62,602 bases of DNA, filler included, from Choristocarpus tenellus KU-1152 (GCA_964200185.2; 9 parts of 9 records of this genome joined end to end with filler, not necessarily neighbours in it); one strand, 5' to 3'; shown: positions 40,101 to 55,095, counted from the whole stretch's first letter. Notes: generated from the sequence alone by a model not told the origin. Numbers and translations: made by a program.

Positions 40101-43100
40101 TCTTTGCGACACCCTTGAAGTTGGCAAACAGTGTCAGGTGCTCTCGCACGGTAAGATCAGGGTACAGAATGTCATGTTGAGGACACATACCCTGTAGTTA
40201 CCATCATTGTAGTTCATGTATGCGATGTAAAATATGTATTTGGTGAAGGAAGTAATGGGAAACAAACAAGGAGGGCATGAGAAAACTAGTCAATATTTGG
40301 AGGGAGGAGATTCTGGGTAGAAGACCAGATATAGTAGTGTAGAATGAGACAAAATGGCGAGAGATTCAGTAGTCGTATAATATGGATGGCATATTCACCA
40401 TTAGAAGGGTGTATGACTACTGTGCCTTTGCACTCACGGATGGGATGCATATTCACCATTTGGCACAAAGGGATCAAACCTTTGCTCCCAACGCCTTCAA
40501 CCCAAATTTCATGATGAGGGGTTCCAATGCTACTGGCTAGTGCAAGAACACATCCACGGAGGAATACGTACTCTCTAGGTCTTCTTCTACCTCATCGTTG
40601 ATGTATCTGCATCCATTGTGTGGGGATGCAGCAACAGTGACAAAGTCGAAGGAATTGCGGATTTATGCAATGCCAGGCATCATCAACTGGGCCAACCAAA
40701 CCTGCTTTTGCTCAGGTTGCCTGGGCTCAAAAACATTTGTACGTATGTGACAGCATTTCACTTACACTTCACACTACGCATGGGTTGACTAAGAGTATCG
40801 TATTACGAAATGTAGTAAATCTCTCTTTATCGCTCCTTACCAGGTTGCGACGTATTTCCTTCATTTGTGTCCTGACATCCAGGCCATTGACAACCGCGGT
40901 TCCCCCCGTCACTGGTACCATTCCCGTCAACATGTTGATAGTGGTTGTCTATAGGATTGTACATTTAGGACACCAGCAGGCGGGGGCGGTGGATAGTGAG
41001 AGGAAACAAGGCGCACGGGGCAGGGTAGGGTGCAGATTGGGAAGCATAAGGGAAGTGTGGGAACCGTTGGTAGAGCTCCACTGGTTTTGCTGTCTGAAAT
41101 ACCTTACCGCCTGCTACCTTAATCCATCCACCTTTCACCACATGCCAGCTCACTCTCGTAAGGCCATGCTAATAGTACCCAGTCCAACATAAAGTCCCCT
41201 TTATCATGACTTCATGATAGTGAGCTTGGATAGTTGAAGGTAAATTGCATTTGCTGTGCATAAGTAGCCAGTAGCGAGGCATACAATCGCACAACCAATG
41301 TGGTAAAAAAAATACAAGTTTAAGAAACGTTATAACTGTACTTGAGCATTAATATAGGTAGAGGTGGCACAGAGAATTGTGATAATCAAGTTTGCGTTGT
41401 ACGGTTTCGCACATCTGATCCAAATGTCTTCTCCACAACAATCACTCAGATATACCCGCATCCTATCACTTTCCCGAAGTTTCCGTCTGCTGATATCGAT
41501 CCTGAACATCAAACTCCCATCCTGAACTACACAGAAATTAGTGCACCTTGCCCGCTCCATTGTGTCCTAGTAAAGCGGTTATCTGACCACGGTACATGGT
41601 AAGGTCCAAGCCATTGACGGCCATAACTCTCTGCTCTCCGGTCACAAACTCCTTCTCCAGACCACTGTATGCGCATTGTCAATGGCATGAGACATGGTTC
41701 AGAAAAACTACACATATCTTTAAAATGCTGAGTCCACGCCCTGAACGTATGATATCTGTGACTTTTATGACAATACTCCAAAGAGGAAGAATAACGTTGG
41801 CAGGTTGGGCAAGTATCTATGATCTGATGCACAGAACAGTTTTATTGATTACACCTTTGTGGTGGAAATCACTATAATTCTGCATACTACTGTATGATGG
41901 TCATGCAAAAAACAATGTTTATGTACTAGGAACTCCATCATTCCTAGCTTATGACCTCAGTACACATAACTAGGACTGATGAGAGTTAGTGAAGGTCGTT
42001 CGTTCTACTTCTTGCAGCCAAGTACGAGATTTTTGTCGAACTACAGAAAAGCTAAACAGTGATGGTGTAAAAAAAAAGGAACAGCAGGCGAAAATATCTG
42101 CCTGAAATGTCGTGAGAGGATGTCTACAGAAGAGAACAATTTGTTTGCCGAAAGGGTCGTCCACGGTGGTCAAAACTCATATATCACAAGGCGTTCATAG
42201 GGAACCTTCAAACTCAATGACAATCATCTCCTGTCAGACAATATCACTCAGTTCTTGGTACTTGTGGCAAGTACTACTCTTGTGTTAAAGGTACTGAAGT
42301 ATCACCAAGAACCACCAAACTTAAAGCAATCACCCTACTCTGCGGGGTACTATATACTACAGCAGTCTGCTAAAGCGATGTTGATGTTTTGAGAGTCAAA
42401 GCAAGCATGAGGTACCCAGAGTTCCATTTTTAAGGATGTAAGCAAATATGTGCAAAGTTTGACCTTTTTTACAAGTGTGTATAGGATATTTTCCGAACTA
42501 TGTCCAAATGGTTCAAACAATAAGAAAATGAATACTTTCAAATCAACCTTGGAACTTCATCCATAGAAATATGGGCAAATTACAAGAGGTCAAAAAACTG
42601 ACTTGTAATGCTAGAAGGGCAAAAACTGGGTACCACTCGTTTACTTTAGCTCAGAGGGAGGTGAGGGCACAACAAATACAGGACAAAGAACAAATTGAAG
42701 ACGAAGGAGATAATGCAGATCATGATACACGGGATAAATCGGAAAGTAGTAATGGAGGAGGTTTGCTCACCGAATTGCCACACAATCTTTGCTACGCAGC
42801 TGCCTTCTCAACCCATCGTGTACAGCCTCAACGTGGCCCTTGTCACTAGACTTGCGAAATTCGTCCATATCAAGCTCTGCTTGGAGAGCATCTGCATCTG
42901 TCGATCAAAGGGGACCAGGTGAGACACTTAGGTTGAGACGAGGGTTGAAATTATTGGAGAAAATGGCAGGACAGTACAAATGCGAGGGTAAACCTTGATA
43001 GAATAATGAATTGATTCAAATGACGAATTTCTGAAAAAAAAAACACAGTCATTCCATGCGTCAGTGATCAACTTTTTTGTAGCGATGATACCGTTATTGT

Positions 43101-44923
43101 CGGAATTTTGTTCTTCACTAGCCTTAACTTCGATGTTCAAAAACGCTGGACAGGGCAAGCGACCAATAAGAGGAAGAAACCCTGAGATTACGACAAAACC
43201 TTGAAGAAAATGATATCATGAAGCAAACAAATACAGGAAACGTAGCCATACATAACCTAACTCTCTAAGGAGAAGAACTGATACACAAAAAATAAAAGTT
43301 AAAATGAAACATCACACTTCAAAATGTATTATCCAGTTTTGCTCCCTGCAACTCATAAATTACCAACTACGAAAAATTGAGTGCCTCCTGCTGCTGTGCA
43401 TCCGCACACACCACTCCAATGTACTCCAGTACACCTCACCAGTGGCAGTGACCTTAGAGGGCCTCCAGTAAGCCTTCGTGAAAGGAAAGTACCATGGGTG
43501 CGATGTTCCCCACTCTGACGGCACAACCTATTGTAAAGTGGGGGTGGAAAGGTATGCACTTGTGAAGGCACCTTGCCTGTTGCTTCCACCCTCAAATCTG
43601 ATCGCTACTACTATGTGCACTTTCTGCTAGTCCCGGGGACCAGTGTGAGCACATCATTGCACATAATCAACACTCGTCACCTTCCTCTTTTGGTTTAAGT
43701 CAGTATGATAAATAAACTCATCCATACTGTCATCTACACTGACTTCCACACTGTCATGTCCTCATGTGCAAAGTCAAAGTTGCCATGTCCTTACGTGGAC
43801 AGTCAATGCCCCTTATCACTTGCAATAAGGGCCAATACCATGCCCAAATTGAAGATTATATCACCAATAGTCCAGTAATAATACATGTCACACTACATAG
43901 TACACCAGAGTATCTACAATTGCTGCCTTATGTGTATGGTAGTACCATATTGTACATACACAACTTAATCTGCTAGTCCAGAGGTGTACCAAGGCAGAGC
44001 CTCACTCTATATCATTCACCTCGTTGGCATACCAAGCAAGAATGCTATAGATGAAAATATCCACGATGAGCATCCCTATAACCTATTGTTTGTCAAGGAG
44101 ACGGCAGTTGAGACAGGAGGAAAGGTGGGTTGGAAACAAGGGCTTGATCAGAAGAGACGAAAAGGTATCGTAATGTGAGTATTGACAAGGCAGTTGGTGA
44201 AATCAAGACATCAAGCGTTCATGCACATGTCTCCAGGAATATCTATATACTTCGTACAGCATGCTTCAAAGTACTTCTATGGATACACAAAACATGATAA
44301 AAGTACTGTGCCACGAAAATCAGTGGGAGGGTGGGTAAGAGGATGACCAAAATTGACAATCTATGCCACACAATCGCAGGCATATTATAATATCATCAAG
44401 TCCAATCATAGACGATAGTCAAGATTAAAAAAAAACAAGCAAGTTTAACCACAGTGGGTGGGAAAATACAACTTTTATGAAAGTAAAAGGGAAGGAGAGC
44501 AAAACACAGAACACGTTGTCATGTGACCCAAGTAGCTTTTAAACAATTCCACCCACATTTCAATCTCCCTCAAAACCCCTAATACTCTCCTCTGTATATT
44601 TTGTACTTCGAACCATCGTGTAATCTGTAAGGTACCCTTTCATTTACTTTTAAAGGGCACAGTATAAATCACAGAAATCATGAGTCCAATACAGAAGTGT
44701 AAAACATCGATGCCATCCTTCACACAGAAATGTAATAGTGCCATGGAAACCAACTTTGCACCACTTTCACATACCTGACTCATGGAAAAGTTTCTATTGC
44801 CCGTGTCAGTCCAGGTGTCGAAGGTCACTCCCTGACCAGAGTCCTCGAAGTCGACAAAGGGTAGTGTGCCAAGCGCGAAACAGGTGGAAGGGATGACACA
44901 CGCGCCCAGAGCAGACGACTCAG
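31198..44923 (-). CDS. ABCA: ABC transporter subfamily A, internal part (end of TMD1, NBD1, most of TMD2), about 24 exons; truncated at both contig ends
   Basis: WYANE|[16 protein letters not shown]; Walker [10 protein letters not shown]|TTT (about 41546/40948); GMCPQHDIL; [14 protein letters not shown]; Walker [11 protein letters not shown]|DPHS|RR; LTT|[16 protein letters not shown]; [11 protein letters not shown]|VF; [12 protein letters not shown]|VVSGVS...YW...WD. One in-frame TAA at 34053-34055 in the preferred model. Confidence 0.95.
36249..36423 (-). mobile_element. MITE family B in an ABCA intron
   Basis: Reverse-complement homologue of 25063-25237, 175 bp; flanks acg/gcg. Confidence 0.88.
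39206..39313 (-). mobile_element. MITE family A, internally deleted copy
   Basis: Both TIR regions are retained and about 150 bp of the interior is missing; possible AGA TSD. Confidence 0.8.
42393..42652 (+). mobile_element. MITE family C (260 bp)
   Basis: TIRs gagtcaaagcaagcatgaggtacccag / ctgggtaccactcgtttactttagctc; flanks tga/aga; second copy at 7867. Confidence 0.8.
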
Positions 44924-47465
44924 NNNNNNNNNNNNNNNNNNNNNNNNNNNNNNNNNNNNNNNNNNNNTTAATTAATTAANNNNNNNNNNNNNNNNNNNNN
45001 NNNNNNNNNNNNNNNNNNNNNNNATTTACAGTATCCATCCGACGTATGTAACCAAATCACCCAAAAATCGTAACATGAAAAAATTGACCCCAATTGGACA
45101 GCCGCTACCCCCTCTCAGATACTTTGAGTCCTTGTTTCAATGCACCACAGAGCCTTACTGCTGAGCATCTCCCTAATGGAGTACAATGTGCCAATGAACC
45201 AAAAGAACCCAATATGGTCTGATCATTAGCCAGCACTACTAGTTTATTGTCATCTGCTTTTTCTCTGGGACTGGGACCTAGATCAACCCTACCTAAGCCC
45301 ATCTACCTATGGTGAGTGGCACTACACACTGAGCCAAACCAATTGAGAGGTAGGCAGTTTTGATCCTCTCGCATTCTAAGCTACCTTTCTTACCGTGTGC
45401 AACATACTCTACATAATCGCTTTAGGTGCAGCGGAATATGCAAAATTGATATCCTCCCCTTTCCACATACAAACTGACACCACAATTAAGCAAAGATCCT
45501 TCCTGCAATTCTGCAAAATGGCTTTTTTGTTCCCTTTCTGGAGATCCTTAAAATGCAACTCTGCCTATCTCTTAATTGATTTGGCTCTCTGCACCACTTC
45601 TCATTTTAACTACCAACTAACTGTTGCACTACGAACATGGAGTGAGCCTTGCGGTTTTCCTTACTTGTTGGAGTCATTGATTCCCTCCCTCGAATCTTGT
45701 GGAGTATTCGTCTCGCTGCTATAAACGCCTGGCTTCTATAAACCAATGAGCCCTCCTTATAGCCACAATTTAGCAATGGAAATATTACTTCTTTTCAAAA
45801 CCAAATTTCAAATTGAGGGTTGGAACCTACAGATTCCTTTGGACAGAAGTCAGTATATATCCCCGTCATGAGTTATAAACAATGAAATAGAGTAAAGAAA
45901 ACCATAAAGAATTGGAGGGCTTTCTAACCCGAAACCAGTGAGCCGGACCTGCTGCCCTGACCTGGGCCACGAATCGGCCAAAGGTTCTGTCAAATGACAT
46001 GTCTGACGTTCTTGGACCGGTCAATCAACAAAGTAAACTACTTAGAAATACAATTTGGAGGACCCAACGCTCGGTCCCATTTAAAATTTCGGGTCCTGAA
46101 CGGGTCCTCTAAAAAGGTATTCTCGTCCAGTTCAAATCTAGTATTAACAGCAGGGTCAATCAACCCCGTTTTGTAGGATAGCAACTACTGGTACTTTATT
46201 TGACTTTTTTTTTTAAGGAAAGGAAAGGAGTTGTAACTATAGTTTGGGTATCCGTTAACTGTTGTCTACGGCAATTAAATCATATCTTACCTTAGGGCTG
46301 GCCAAGCCAGTTTTATATATTATGCCCTCTTACATTCTACAGAGGTGTCAGGGAAAAAGTTAAACGAATATCACAAGTACCCTTGAAAAAAGAACAGTTA
46401 GTTGTAGTGAATGCAAGAGATAATCTCTCCAAGAACTACTATTTACTATTGGAGTACCATTCATACTTTATTGGGTCGATGACGGGATATCCTGGTTACG
46501 TTACAATCTTCGACGGCCCTTGAACGGAATAGATGTTGAACTATGTTTAACTGGTTGGGGATGGCGCACCCTGACGGTTATGGACTCGCTTTGCATCCTC
46601 CTCTTTCCGCCGTAACAACATAACTAAAGCGGCAGAGGTCTCCATCCCTCCGTACACATCGGGTGAACATAGGATCCTTGCGTCAAATAAATGTCAGACT
46701 TCTTGAGTGTCGATTCCAGTTTTGCTACAATCAACTTGCGCATTCTACCATTAATTAAGAAGACATCCAGTTTGATGGTCCTACAACATCACATACAAGG
46801 ATCGATGATGACACATCTGGAAAACGTCAGAGGGGATAATAATATATACTAATACCATTCAATAACTTTCTCAATGAAGGAATATTCAATTTTCATATTT
46901 TATTATCATGGTTTCAAACATTTTGCATTGTTTAATCGTACACTTTTATGTTTATTGTACGACATTTTGTAGATGTGTCAGCGAAAAAGGTAATCCAATA
47001 TCAGAAGGAGTTGTAAAAGTAACAGTTGTTGTAAATGTGACCTTTATTCGAATATCAAATTTAATCTAATTTCCCAACCTTCATATTATGGAGCGAAGGT
47101 AACACATTATTGTAAGACCAAACCACTACTAACCTGAACACTGTGGAAATATGACTTGATCAGGGCAAGAATAAACAAGATCCTATAAGGAAATTTGGAT
47201 ACACAAATTAACGATCTCAATCTCATATGTTGTCATAGGGTGTGACAATGAACGAACTCAATCTCATATGTTGTCATAGGGTGTGAAGAGAAAAGTGATC
47301 AGTGAAAAAATGTTCCAATGAAATCTTCAACGACTCCTTTCAGAAAGGTAAAGGTGCACAGAAAAGGTATACTTTGATCATGTGCAACTATTGTTGTACC
47401 CTTTTTTGAATTTACTTTTTTAAAATTGGGGAACGAAGAACAACGGACCTGTCTGTAACAGTACC

Positions 47466-49227
47466 ATGAACATGATGGATTGCCTAGGGCAGTTAGACCA
47501 CGCAGGTCTCCCGGATTGTCTTGAGCATTGCCTTCGAGTAACAGTATGGGCCAATATACAGGCCCCTGTGAGGAGGGCCTTCGAGGCTACGTTGGAGGTT
47601 GCGAAAAGACAGGCGACGGACCTTCATGAAGCTCGAAAGGCTATCTCTCGACTGGAGGCTCGTTTTGACAGAGCGGAAGATGAGGTACACAATTGATTTT
47701 GGTACATGATCGTATTTGCTCCATTTTCAAGAAAGCCTGCAATTCTTTTCCCCTTGTTAGTAACATGCTGCAACGGGAAGACTCTCGTTTGCGTAGAGGT
47801 CAACATCCTCTGCAGCATAGTCACCTCCGTTTGCTTAATGTCCCTCCTCTGCACACTCTTGCGAGTCACAGAGTTTCGATTTTTTAAGTGCAAGTGATTC
47901 ATCATTTCCAATTGCCTTGAAGCATAGATGCTACATAAGTGTGGTAGGAAGAGCGATGTGACAGTGTAGGTGTCGAAAAGACGGCTAGCGTGTGGGTAGA
48001 CCTACGGTATCTGTCACTTGGGTATGACCTTATCGACTGAGGTGCGAGGGGATCTCTATGCGAGTGTACGCCGATGAAGATGGAAAATAGAAGTTAGTAG
48101 GTGACAAGATGATGAGGCCACTTATTGCATGGTTATCGCGCTGGAAGGTGAGCTCCCAATCTTTGCTAGTTGTGGCATTGTGCCAAGGCTCGTTTCTAGT
48201 GGCTGACATGTCGAGGACCGCCTACTCAAGCTCGAAATATCCGATGGTTATTCGCCCGCCCGTAAATCTTGCTACTTGGCAAACTGTCCCATCGTAGCTT
48301 TATCAGTAGAATATGTCAATAACAATCTATCTTTTCTCTGGGTGGTGGAAAAATGTTGCTTTATCAAGTTGCCCTGTTTTTTTGCAACGTATCGTCAACA
48401 CCCTTGTCTAGACGAAGACCAGGACCGAGCGGGACAAAATCTCAGGTCGTTATAGATGGCATCACGACGAGATAGATCGTTTTGAGTGCGATGATTGATT
48501 TGGTCGTAGCGGTGAAACGTGTGGACGTGGGTTCTAAGAGGTGACAGCGGTGGCAACCTGCACTTGTTGTGATAGTTTTTTTTTTTTCGAGCAGTTGGTT
48601 CAATGACTCTTAGGCTTGGACGGTAGCTAGCTATCACCCCATTGACCCGACCTCAACGCTTCACAAGCGCAGGTCTCGACGGCAGCTGAGCCAATCAACC
48701 CCAGCCTTTGATTGCAGTTTCTCAGTACCCTCTTACTCTCTTCACAACTTCCAAAAAACCTTGGGAATGCAATGTGCCAAGCACGAGGCCTTACCACTGC
48801 TAAGGCCATGACTATGATCGCATATATGATATCGAAGTCAAAGCTATCAACAGTGACCGGTAAATTTCTCTTTGTTATGAAACCTTGACGACAGACTGAC
48901 CAACAGGATGACTCTTTGCATTTCTTACCTCTCCTATTTGACTACCTGTCTCTTTGGTTACACCTTCGCCTGGTAAGTGCTCCCGTTGATACCTGCCCTA
49001 AGGCACTACTCGATAAAAAATGAGAAGAAAATAAGCATCCCTCAAGGCAAATGCTGCACCCAACACAAGCAAGCATGCAAGGACCCATATCCCCGTTCAC
49101 TCTGCCGTGATCCATGACACCTCCGCAGTCATCCTGTAAGCTGGCAGAGTACCGTCAAGAGGTGCGATTGGAGTTGAATGACCTGCGTGGCGTGTGCGAT
49201 AGTCAGCCAGGTCTTGCAACAATTCAG
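47466..49227 (+). CDS. Probable 5' exons of an uncharacterised coiled-coil protein (47466-47684 and about 49141-49227)
   Basis: ATG-initiated, helical heptad-like reading (WANIQAPVRRAFEATLEVAKRQATDLHEARKAISRLEARF) ending at a GT donor; second exon-like stretch LAEYRQEVRLELNDLR. Intervening exons unresolved. Confidence 0.45.
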
Positions 49228-51389
49228 GTGCGCAGCTCAAATGCTTTGGTAGACCCTTTGGTAGACCCTTTGGTAGACCTCTTATCTCATTTCGACGGGC
49301 AATCAAGCAGCAGCAGTGTTCTTGTGCAGGTGTTTCTGCAACAAGTATACATGCCTGCCATGTCTATATTTGTGCGTATACGGTACGGAACGGGATCAAG
49401 ATTAGAGGTTGGGGGGAGGGGGGGGGGTATAGTTGTTATTGATGCACACGGTATGTACTGTGGATGCGATCGCTATCGCTTCTGTTGTGTCCACGGGATA
49501 TTCTGTTTGTCCTTTGGGGTCGACCATGCTAAGTTGTTTGTTTTTTACCTCTCCAACAGTTTTTTGTTATACCCCCAAAATTCTCCGACTGAGCTCATCA
49601 AGACGCAAACGCTTGGGGTATGTTTTTATTTCTTCTTCTTTTTTTTGTTATTTTATTACCAGAGAAAAAAAGAAGGTAGGAGAGGATGTTAGTTTGTTGC
49701 GGTTGAATTTTTACCGGAATGGTTCTTCTTTTTGTTTTCAGTTTTTTTTAGTGCAGAATAAGAGGGAGTTAGTTGGTTGAGATATATATGTAAGAGCAAC
49801 AAAAGTATGTGTGGGGGCGGGGGGGCGGAGGGGGGGGTGGCGGCTATCTGTTCGGAAATATATGTAAGAGCATCAAAAGTATGTGTGGGGGCGGGGGGGC
49901 GGAGGGGGGGGTGGCGGCTGTCTGTTCGGAAATATATGTAAGAGCATCAAAAGTATGTGTGGGGCGGGGGGGCGGAGGGGGGGGGGGGGGGGGTGTGTGT
50001 GCGGGTGGGGCCCATTTTTTCATTTCGNNNNNNNNNNNNNNNNNNNNNNNNNNNNNNNNNNNNNNNNNNNNTTAATTAATTAANNNNNNNNNNNNNNNNN
50101 NNNNNNNNNNNNNNNNNNNNNNNNNNNCTACTCATCTCTTTGTTCCTTGATACGATACAGTTCCACCAGTCAACACTGACTGTTGATTGGTCGACTACGT
50201 TCTGGACGTTACTTTCACCAGTTCGTCATCACCACACATCAACTGCAATCAGAACACTGCAGTATAGGAAGAGTCGCTCTACTTTCAACGCAAATAGTAT
50301 AGTATAGTGTACGTCAGTTGAGTTGCATCACATATTGTTTCAATTTTGTTCTCTAGTTCTATTGTGTGTTTTTCTTTCACTCTTTCTTCTTCTTATCAGC
50401 AGAAGGTGAGAGTTGTACGTTGATGGTTGGTTGTTATTTCTTTCGTGACTGCAATTGATCCCTCAAATTGCATCAACGCCACTCTGCAAACTGTGCACAA
50501 AACACAGACCTGGATGTAACATAATCAGAGTTGAAATCATCCGTAAACCCTTGCCAGCCAAGGTAACAAGCCTCTCCACAGAGCATGGACTTCTTTCGTT
50601 GAGTATTACATGAAAGAATACTGAATTCACATCACATCATTCTTGACTGAGAGATCAATGACCTCAGTTACAACAGAATAAATACATCGGTGCTTTGCAG
50701 CACAATCGCACCTATCCATAACATAGACTACGCATATCACTCATCAGTGCTGCTTTGCAATGCCATAATTCCTCATCGCTTGTAGTCTACGTATTTTGCT
50801 TACATGTACGATGCATTCGATTCAGGTTTTTGCAGAGGCATCGACCTAACCCACGCTGGGGCTAGAGATGTTGATCTCACTAAAGAGGGGAGTGGAGACG
50901 ATGTCGATTGTGGGGGATCGATGTTTGACACTACTACATCAATGGATGATACTGTAGCGAAGTGGACGCTTCCCCCTGAGGGGGTTGAAGTGAACGCCAT
51001 AGTCCCAGGAGGGATTGTTGGGGAGGAGGGACACACACCAAAGATGGCACGGTCAGTTATTCATCCAGGAGGGTGAACAAGTACGAATGCAAAATTAGAG
51101 TCCCCATATATGGATTTAGGGGTAGGACGTTGATGGCTGAGGATGTTGAACCAGGTCTGAGTTGGACTGTGGATGAGTCCAGTCAAACTCATCCTCTAAG
51201 AAAGCTCTGCTATGTCCTGTGGTAGCAGGAAATGGAATAGGGTTGGTGATGGAGAAAAGGGAGTTAGATGAACGGTCGAACACTGACATTGGTGATATGG
51301 ACCCAGTGTCACAGCAGGGGAGTGTGAGGAACAAAAAAAGTGCTGCGACATGTGGATCCGAACAATGATCCTACATCTGAACCAGGCGA

Positions 51390-52310
51390 ACTAATCGAGG
51401 AGTTACCTGGAATTGAGCGGGAATTGAAAATGCCAGAGGCAATGGAGTCAGAAGAGTGGCCTTTGTGGAATGGGGCTGTGGACGAGGAAATGGGCCTACA
51501 AAACAGACATTCAAAGACCCAATTTACCTACTTATTAAGTTGGGACTACATTTTCGACCGGGGCAGATGGGTGAAAAAGGGAGAGTACAGAGGTTGAAAG
51601 GCAGGAGTAGGATGATTGGAAGGAGAAAGAGAATGGAGCAGGAGGGACCTGTTCCAGACAACTACAGATCTATGATCGGTGGTATCTAAATGTGGGTATA
51701 AATCATGACAAGGTCTGATGTAGCATCAGCATTATGGAGCCTAGCGATGCAGTATATGAATCCCACAGTGACGGATTGGAATGGGGCTGAAAGAGTAATT
51801 GTTTATTCGTTGAGGACAAGTAAGCGGGGTTTGACGTTTTGGTGATTTCACTTTTCACGGGAATGCACCTATAGACCAACTCATTGACTATACTGATGCA
51901 GACTACGCCAAATGTGTTATTTAAATATTTTCTGTCTCTGGTGGTGTGGTAATGTTCGGGGGTGCATGTGTGAGCCGGTGGTAAAAATAAAATGCGGAAA
52001 ACTGTTGCTTTATCTACTACTGAGACTGAGTATGGGTTGTTCTGTGATTTGGGCAAGGAGGTTATGTTTTTGCAGCTAGTCCATTTTTTTCGGAGCCAAC
52101 TATGCACAAGTATTGTGTAAGATTGCTAGAAGACAATAGTGGGGCAATCAAGGTGGCTGAGGAGATAGCTTCGGGGGGTAGAACAAAACACATAGATATT
52201 AGATATCATTTTGTTAAGAAACGTTGTGAACGAGGGGAAGGCACAGATTGTGTATGTAAGCTCCGATGAACAACATGGAAATTTGTTTTCGAAGGCTTTG
52301 AGTGGCAATG
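51390..52310 (+). mobile_element. Ty1/Copia RT-RNaseH relic
   Basis: EAMESEEWPLWNGAVDEEM; YTDADYA; SVSGGVV; KTVALSTTETEY; EDNSGAIKVA; RTKHIDIRYHF; NLFSKAL, with stops, frameshifts and deletions. Confidence 0.9.
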
Positions 52311-53051
52311 TCTTTTAATTTCACACTAGAACTGCTAGAGGAGAATAGCGCGAGCATTTCTTCTTGTGTTCCAACGAAGCGTGAGCATTTGCTACATGCG
52401 AATAGTGCGAGAGCTTTTCTTCTCATTTGTGACAGACGTATAGTGCAAGGATTGTTTCTCGTGTTCTAGCAAGTGCGAACAATATACGATATTAGTAACA
52501 CATAGGTAGCCTTACAGAATAAATGATCTTTCATAGAAGATACAGAGTAAGATTGAATGCATACGTAACATTGCAGAAGAAAATGCCAAAGTCCCTAAGA
52601 AGTTGCAGAAGAAAGGTATATGACTAGAAGACCAAAGAAATTGGGTGGATGATAAAATAATATGAGGGTTTTTGGTTGAACACCTTGATCCCTCTTACCT
52701 CCAGTCCTTTTCTTTATTTTGAACGAAACTTTGAGTCGAGCTTTGAGCTAAGCACTGAGTGGAATATCAAGAGAGAAGGCTATCTGACACCCTACAAACT
52801 GTAATCAAGGGCAACGTTCCCAACTGTGTCGTTTTAAGGTCGTTGGATTTGAGTTGCATATCCTGTGGAGGTGAGTTCTGGGGTGCACACTGTAACATGG
52901 AGGTCCTACCTAGACTTCCACACTGTAAAATGGAGGTCTTACGGCCTCTCTTCAAACTGGAGAGAATACTCCGTATTCACCTCAACACTTAGGATTCTTT
53001 GTAGCTTCCTACGTCCGCCTGGATTCTTTTCTTCTTTTCCCACTTGGGTTC

Positions 53052-53312
53052 GAGTAAAAGTATCGTAGAGGGTACGAGTTTTGCCCTGTTTGTCTATTTG
53101 GGGCTTGGCTTCCCACGTTTTTTTTAATGACATTTTCCTACTCTGATATGTTTTGGAGTAGGTAAAAAATGTATACGTTATGAAAAGGTGTGTCCGGAAC
53201 AAGGATATTGGCACTTCCTAACAAACGCCATGGCCAAGATTGCATCAAAATCGCAACATTGGATTTTGGCCCCCAAACGGACGCATCTCTACCCTCCAAG
53301 ATACTTTGACTC
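53052..53312 (+). mobile_element. MITE family A (261 bp)
   Basis: TIRs gagtaaaagtatcgtagagggta / taccctccaagatactttgactc. Confidence 0.92.
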
Positions 53313-54749
53313 TTTGTGATCTTCATGCAGCGTCTGCGGGGTTTTCGTCTTAGCCTCGTAATCTCCGTGGGTGTGATGGCATCTGTGGCTCCGAGGGAAC
53401 CATCATCCTTCATTGTTGTACAATGAGTGGTCTCTGACCGCCACATCATCCACCTATAGTCGTAAACGACTGGTTTTTGACTGCCATGGTATAGACGTTG
53501 CCTAGGCAGTTCTTCCTCGCCATTCGTACACTCACATTCCCGATCTGTTTTTCATGTATCACACTGTTATTTTATTTCACAGGTTCTGCTGGGAATCAGT
53601 GATTCAGAGATGTTCCTGCCCAAGGCCAGACTTTGCGAGAACTCTTGCAGCAGTCGTGACTGCTCAACGTGTTTATGCATCGCGTCCACACATCAATAAC
53701 TTCACCCCTTTCCACATCGAGAGTTCGTCAAAAACTCTTGTCTGACTTTCTTAGGACATACAGCGATCCTTTCAGGTGCTTCGTCTGCAATCGATATCCC
53801 ACGCATCAAAGGAAAGCTCTTACAGGTTGGTTGAGACGACGTTACGGCAACTGAGTGGGTTCATATTTCGGTGAGAGAATGCACTCTTTTTGGATGGCGA
53901 GCCGAAAATTGTGGTAAAGGTTGCCATGTGTTTTGTTTTTTTTAAAGAGAGAGAAAGTTGTGACACGGAAGGCTGCGACCATAGCCTAGTTTTCCACTAT
54001 CGAGCGTATAGGGTCTACTTGCAGATGCCTCATATATGTAAAGCTCGTTTGGGGGAGGATATGTAGGTGAAGATCAACTCATTGATTTGTACCAACGAGC
54101 CTAACTCACCTACCTAAAGTCCTACCCATATCAATTATCCTCTATGTGAATTGTGTGATTCTGTGACGGCGTGGTTCACTCAGGCAAGGGGTGGTGAAGA
54201 GAATCACCGGGCAAGACGGACCACAGGAACAAGGACGAATCGTCACCGAGGGTACAAGGTTAAGGTTGGTCAAGTGCAAACTTAGGAGTGATGAGCACCA
54301 TCAAAGGTGGGGCTTCATCACNNNNNNNNNNNNNNNNNNNNNNNNNNNNNNNNNNNNNNNNNNNNTTAATTAATTAANNNNNNNNNNNNNNNNNNNNNNN
54401 NNNNNNNNNNNNNNNNNNNNNCCCCCCCAGATACTTTGACCCCAAAATTTTGTTTTAAAGCATATACGCACTACTATAGCATTGTTACTGTTTGAGAAAA
54501 GGAAGGGCATAAATCAACAATGTTGTACAATAAAAAATGAAAAAATGAAAGACAAAGAAGAGAAAGAAATGATTGAGGGAAAATAGAACCCAGAGGAGAG
54601 AAAAAAACATTCGAAAACGTCAAGTGGATGACAACAAAAGAAAACCAGGAATGGATGGAAGAGAAAAAGCCCACAAAAGTGATGATGGTGGAATTTGTGT
54701 CTTGAGCGACCTTACCTGCTCCTTTGCTGTGACATACACTAGCTATAAG

Positions 54750-55092
54750 ATATTAATTGGAATGACATCTGGCAATGAACCTCGTTGTGCCGTTAGCAAC
54801 ACAATCATACCGCTTGTGCAGGTTGTTGAAGCTCGTGCTCCAACTTTCAACTCCAATGCTAAGCTTGTCAAGGCTGTTTTGGAGACAAGTCCACCAGGTT
54901 TTCTCGTTTCCACCTTGCTTCCGTTTTCCGTTCACAAGCTCCCAAAACGTCAATATGTTGAGAAGTCACTCAATTCCCATGCGAGCAACTAACCCAGCAA
55001 AAAAGGGCCCCTGCTTGCGCACCGTCGCCTTGACACTCTTACTCCCACAATCAAGGGTACATTTCAAGGAAAGGACATGGTCGGTGTATCCC
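54750..55092 (-). mobile_element. RTE-clade LINE, 3' ORF fragment
   Basis: YTDHVLS...SVKATVRK...FAG..ARM...FWELVNGKRKQGGNEKTWWTCL...W, matching the RTE C-terminal pattern GEL..GKR..GG..K.W. Confidence 0.85.
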
Positions 55093-55095
55093 CGG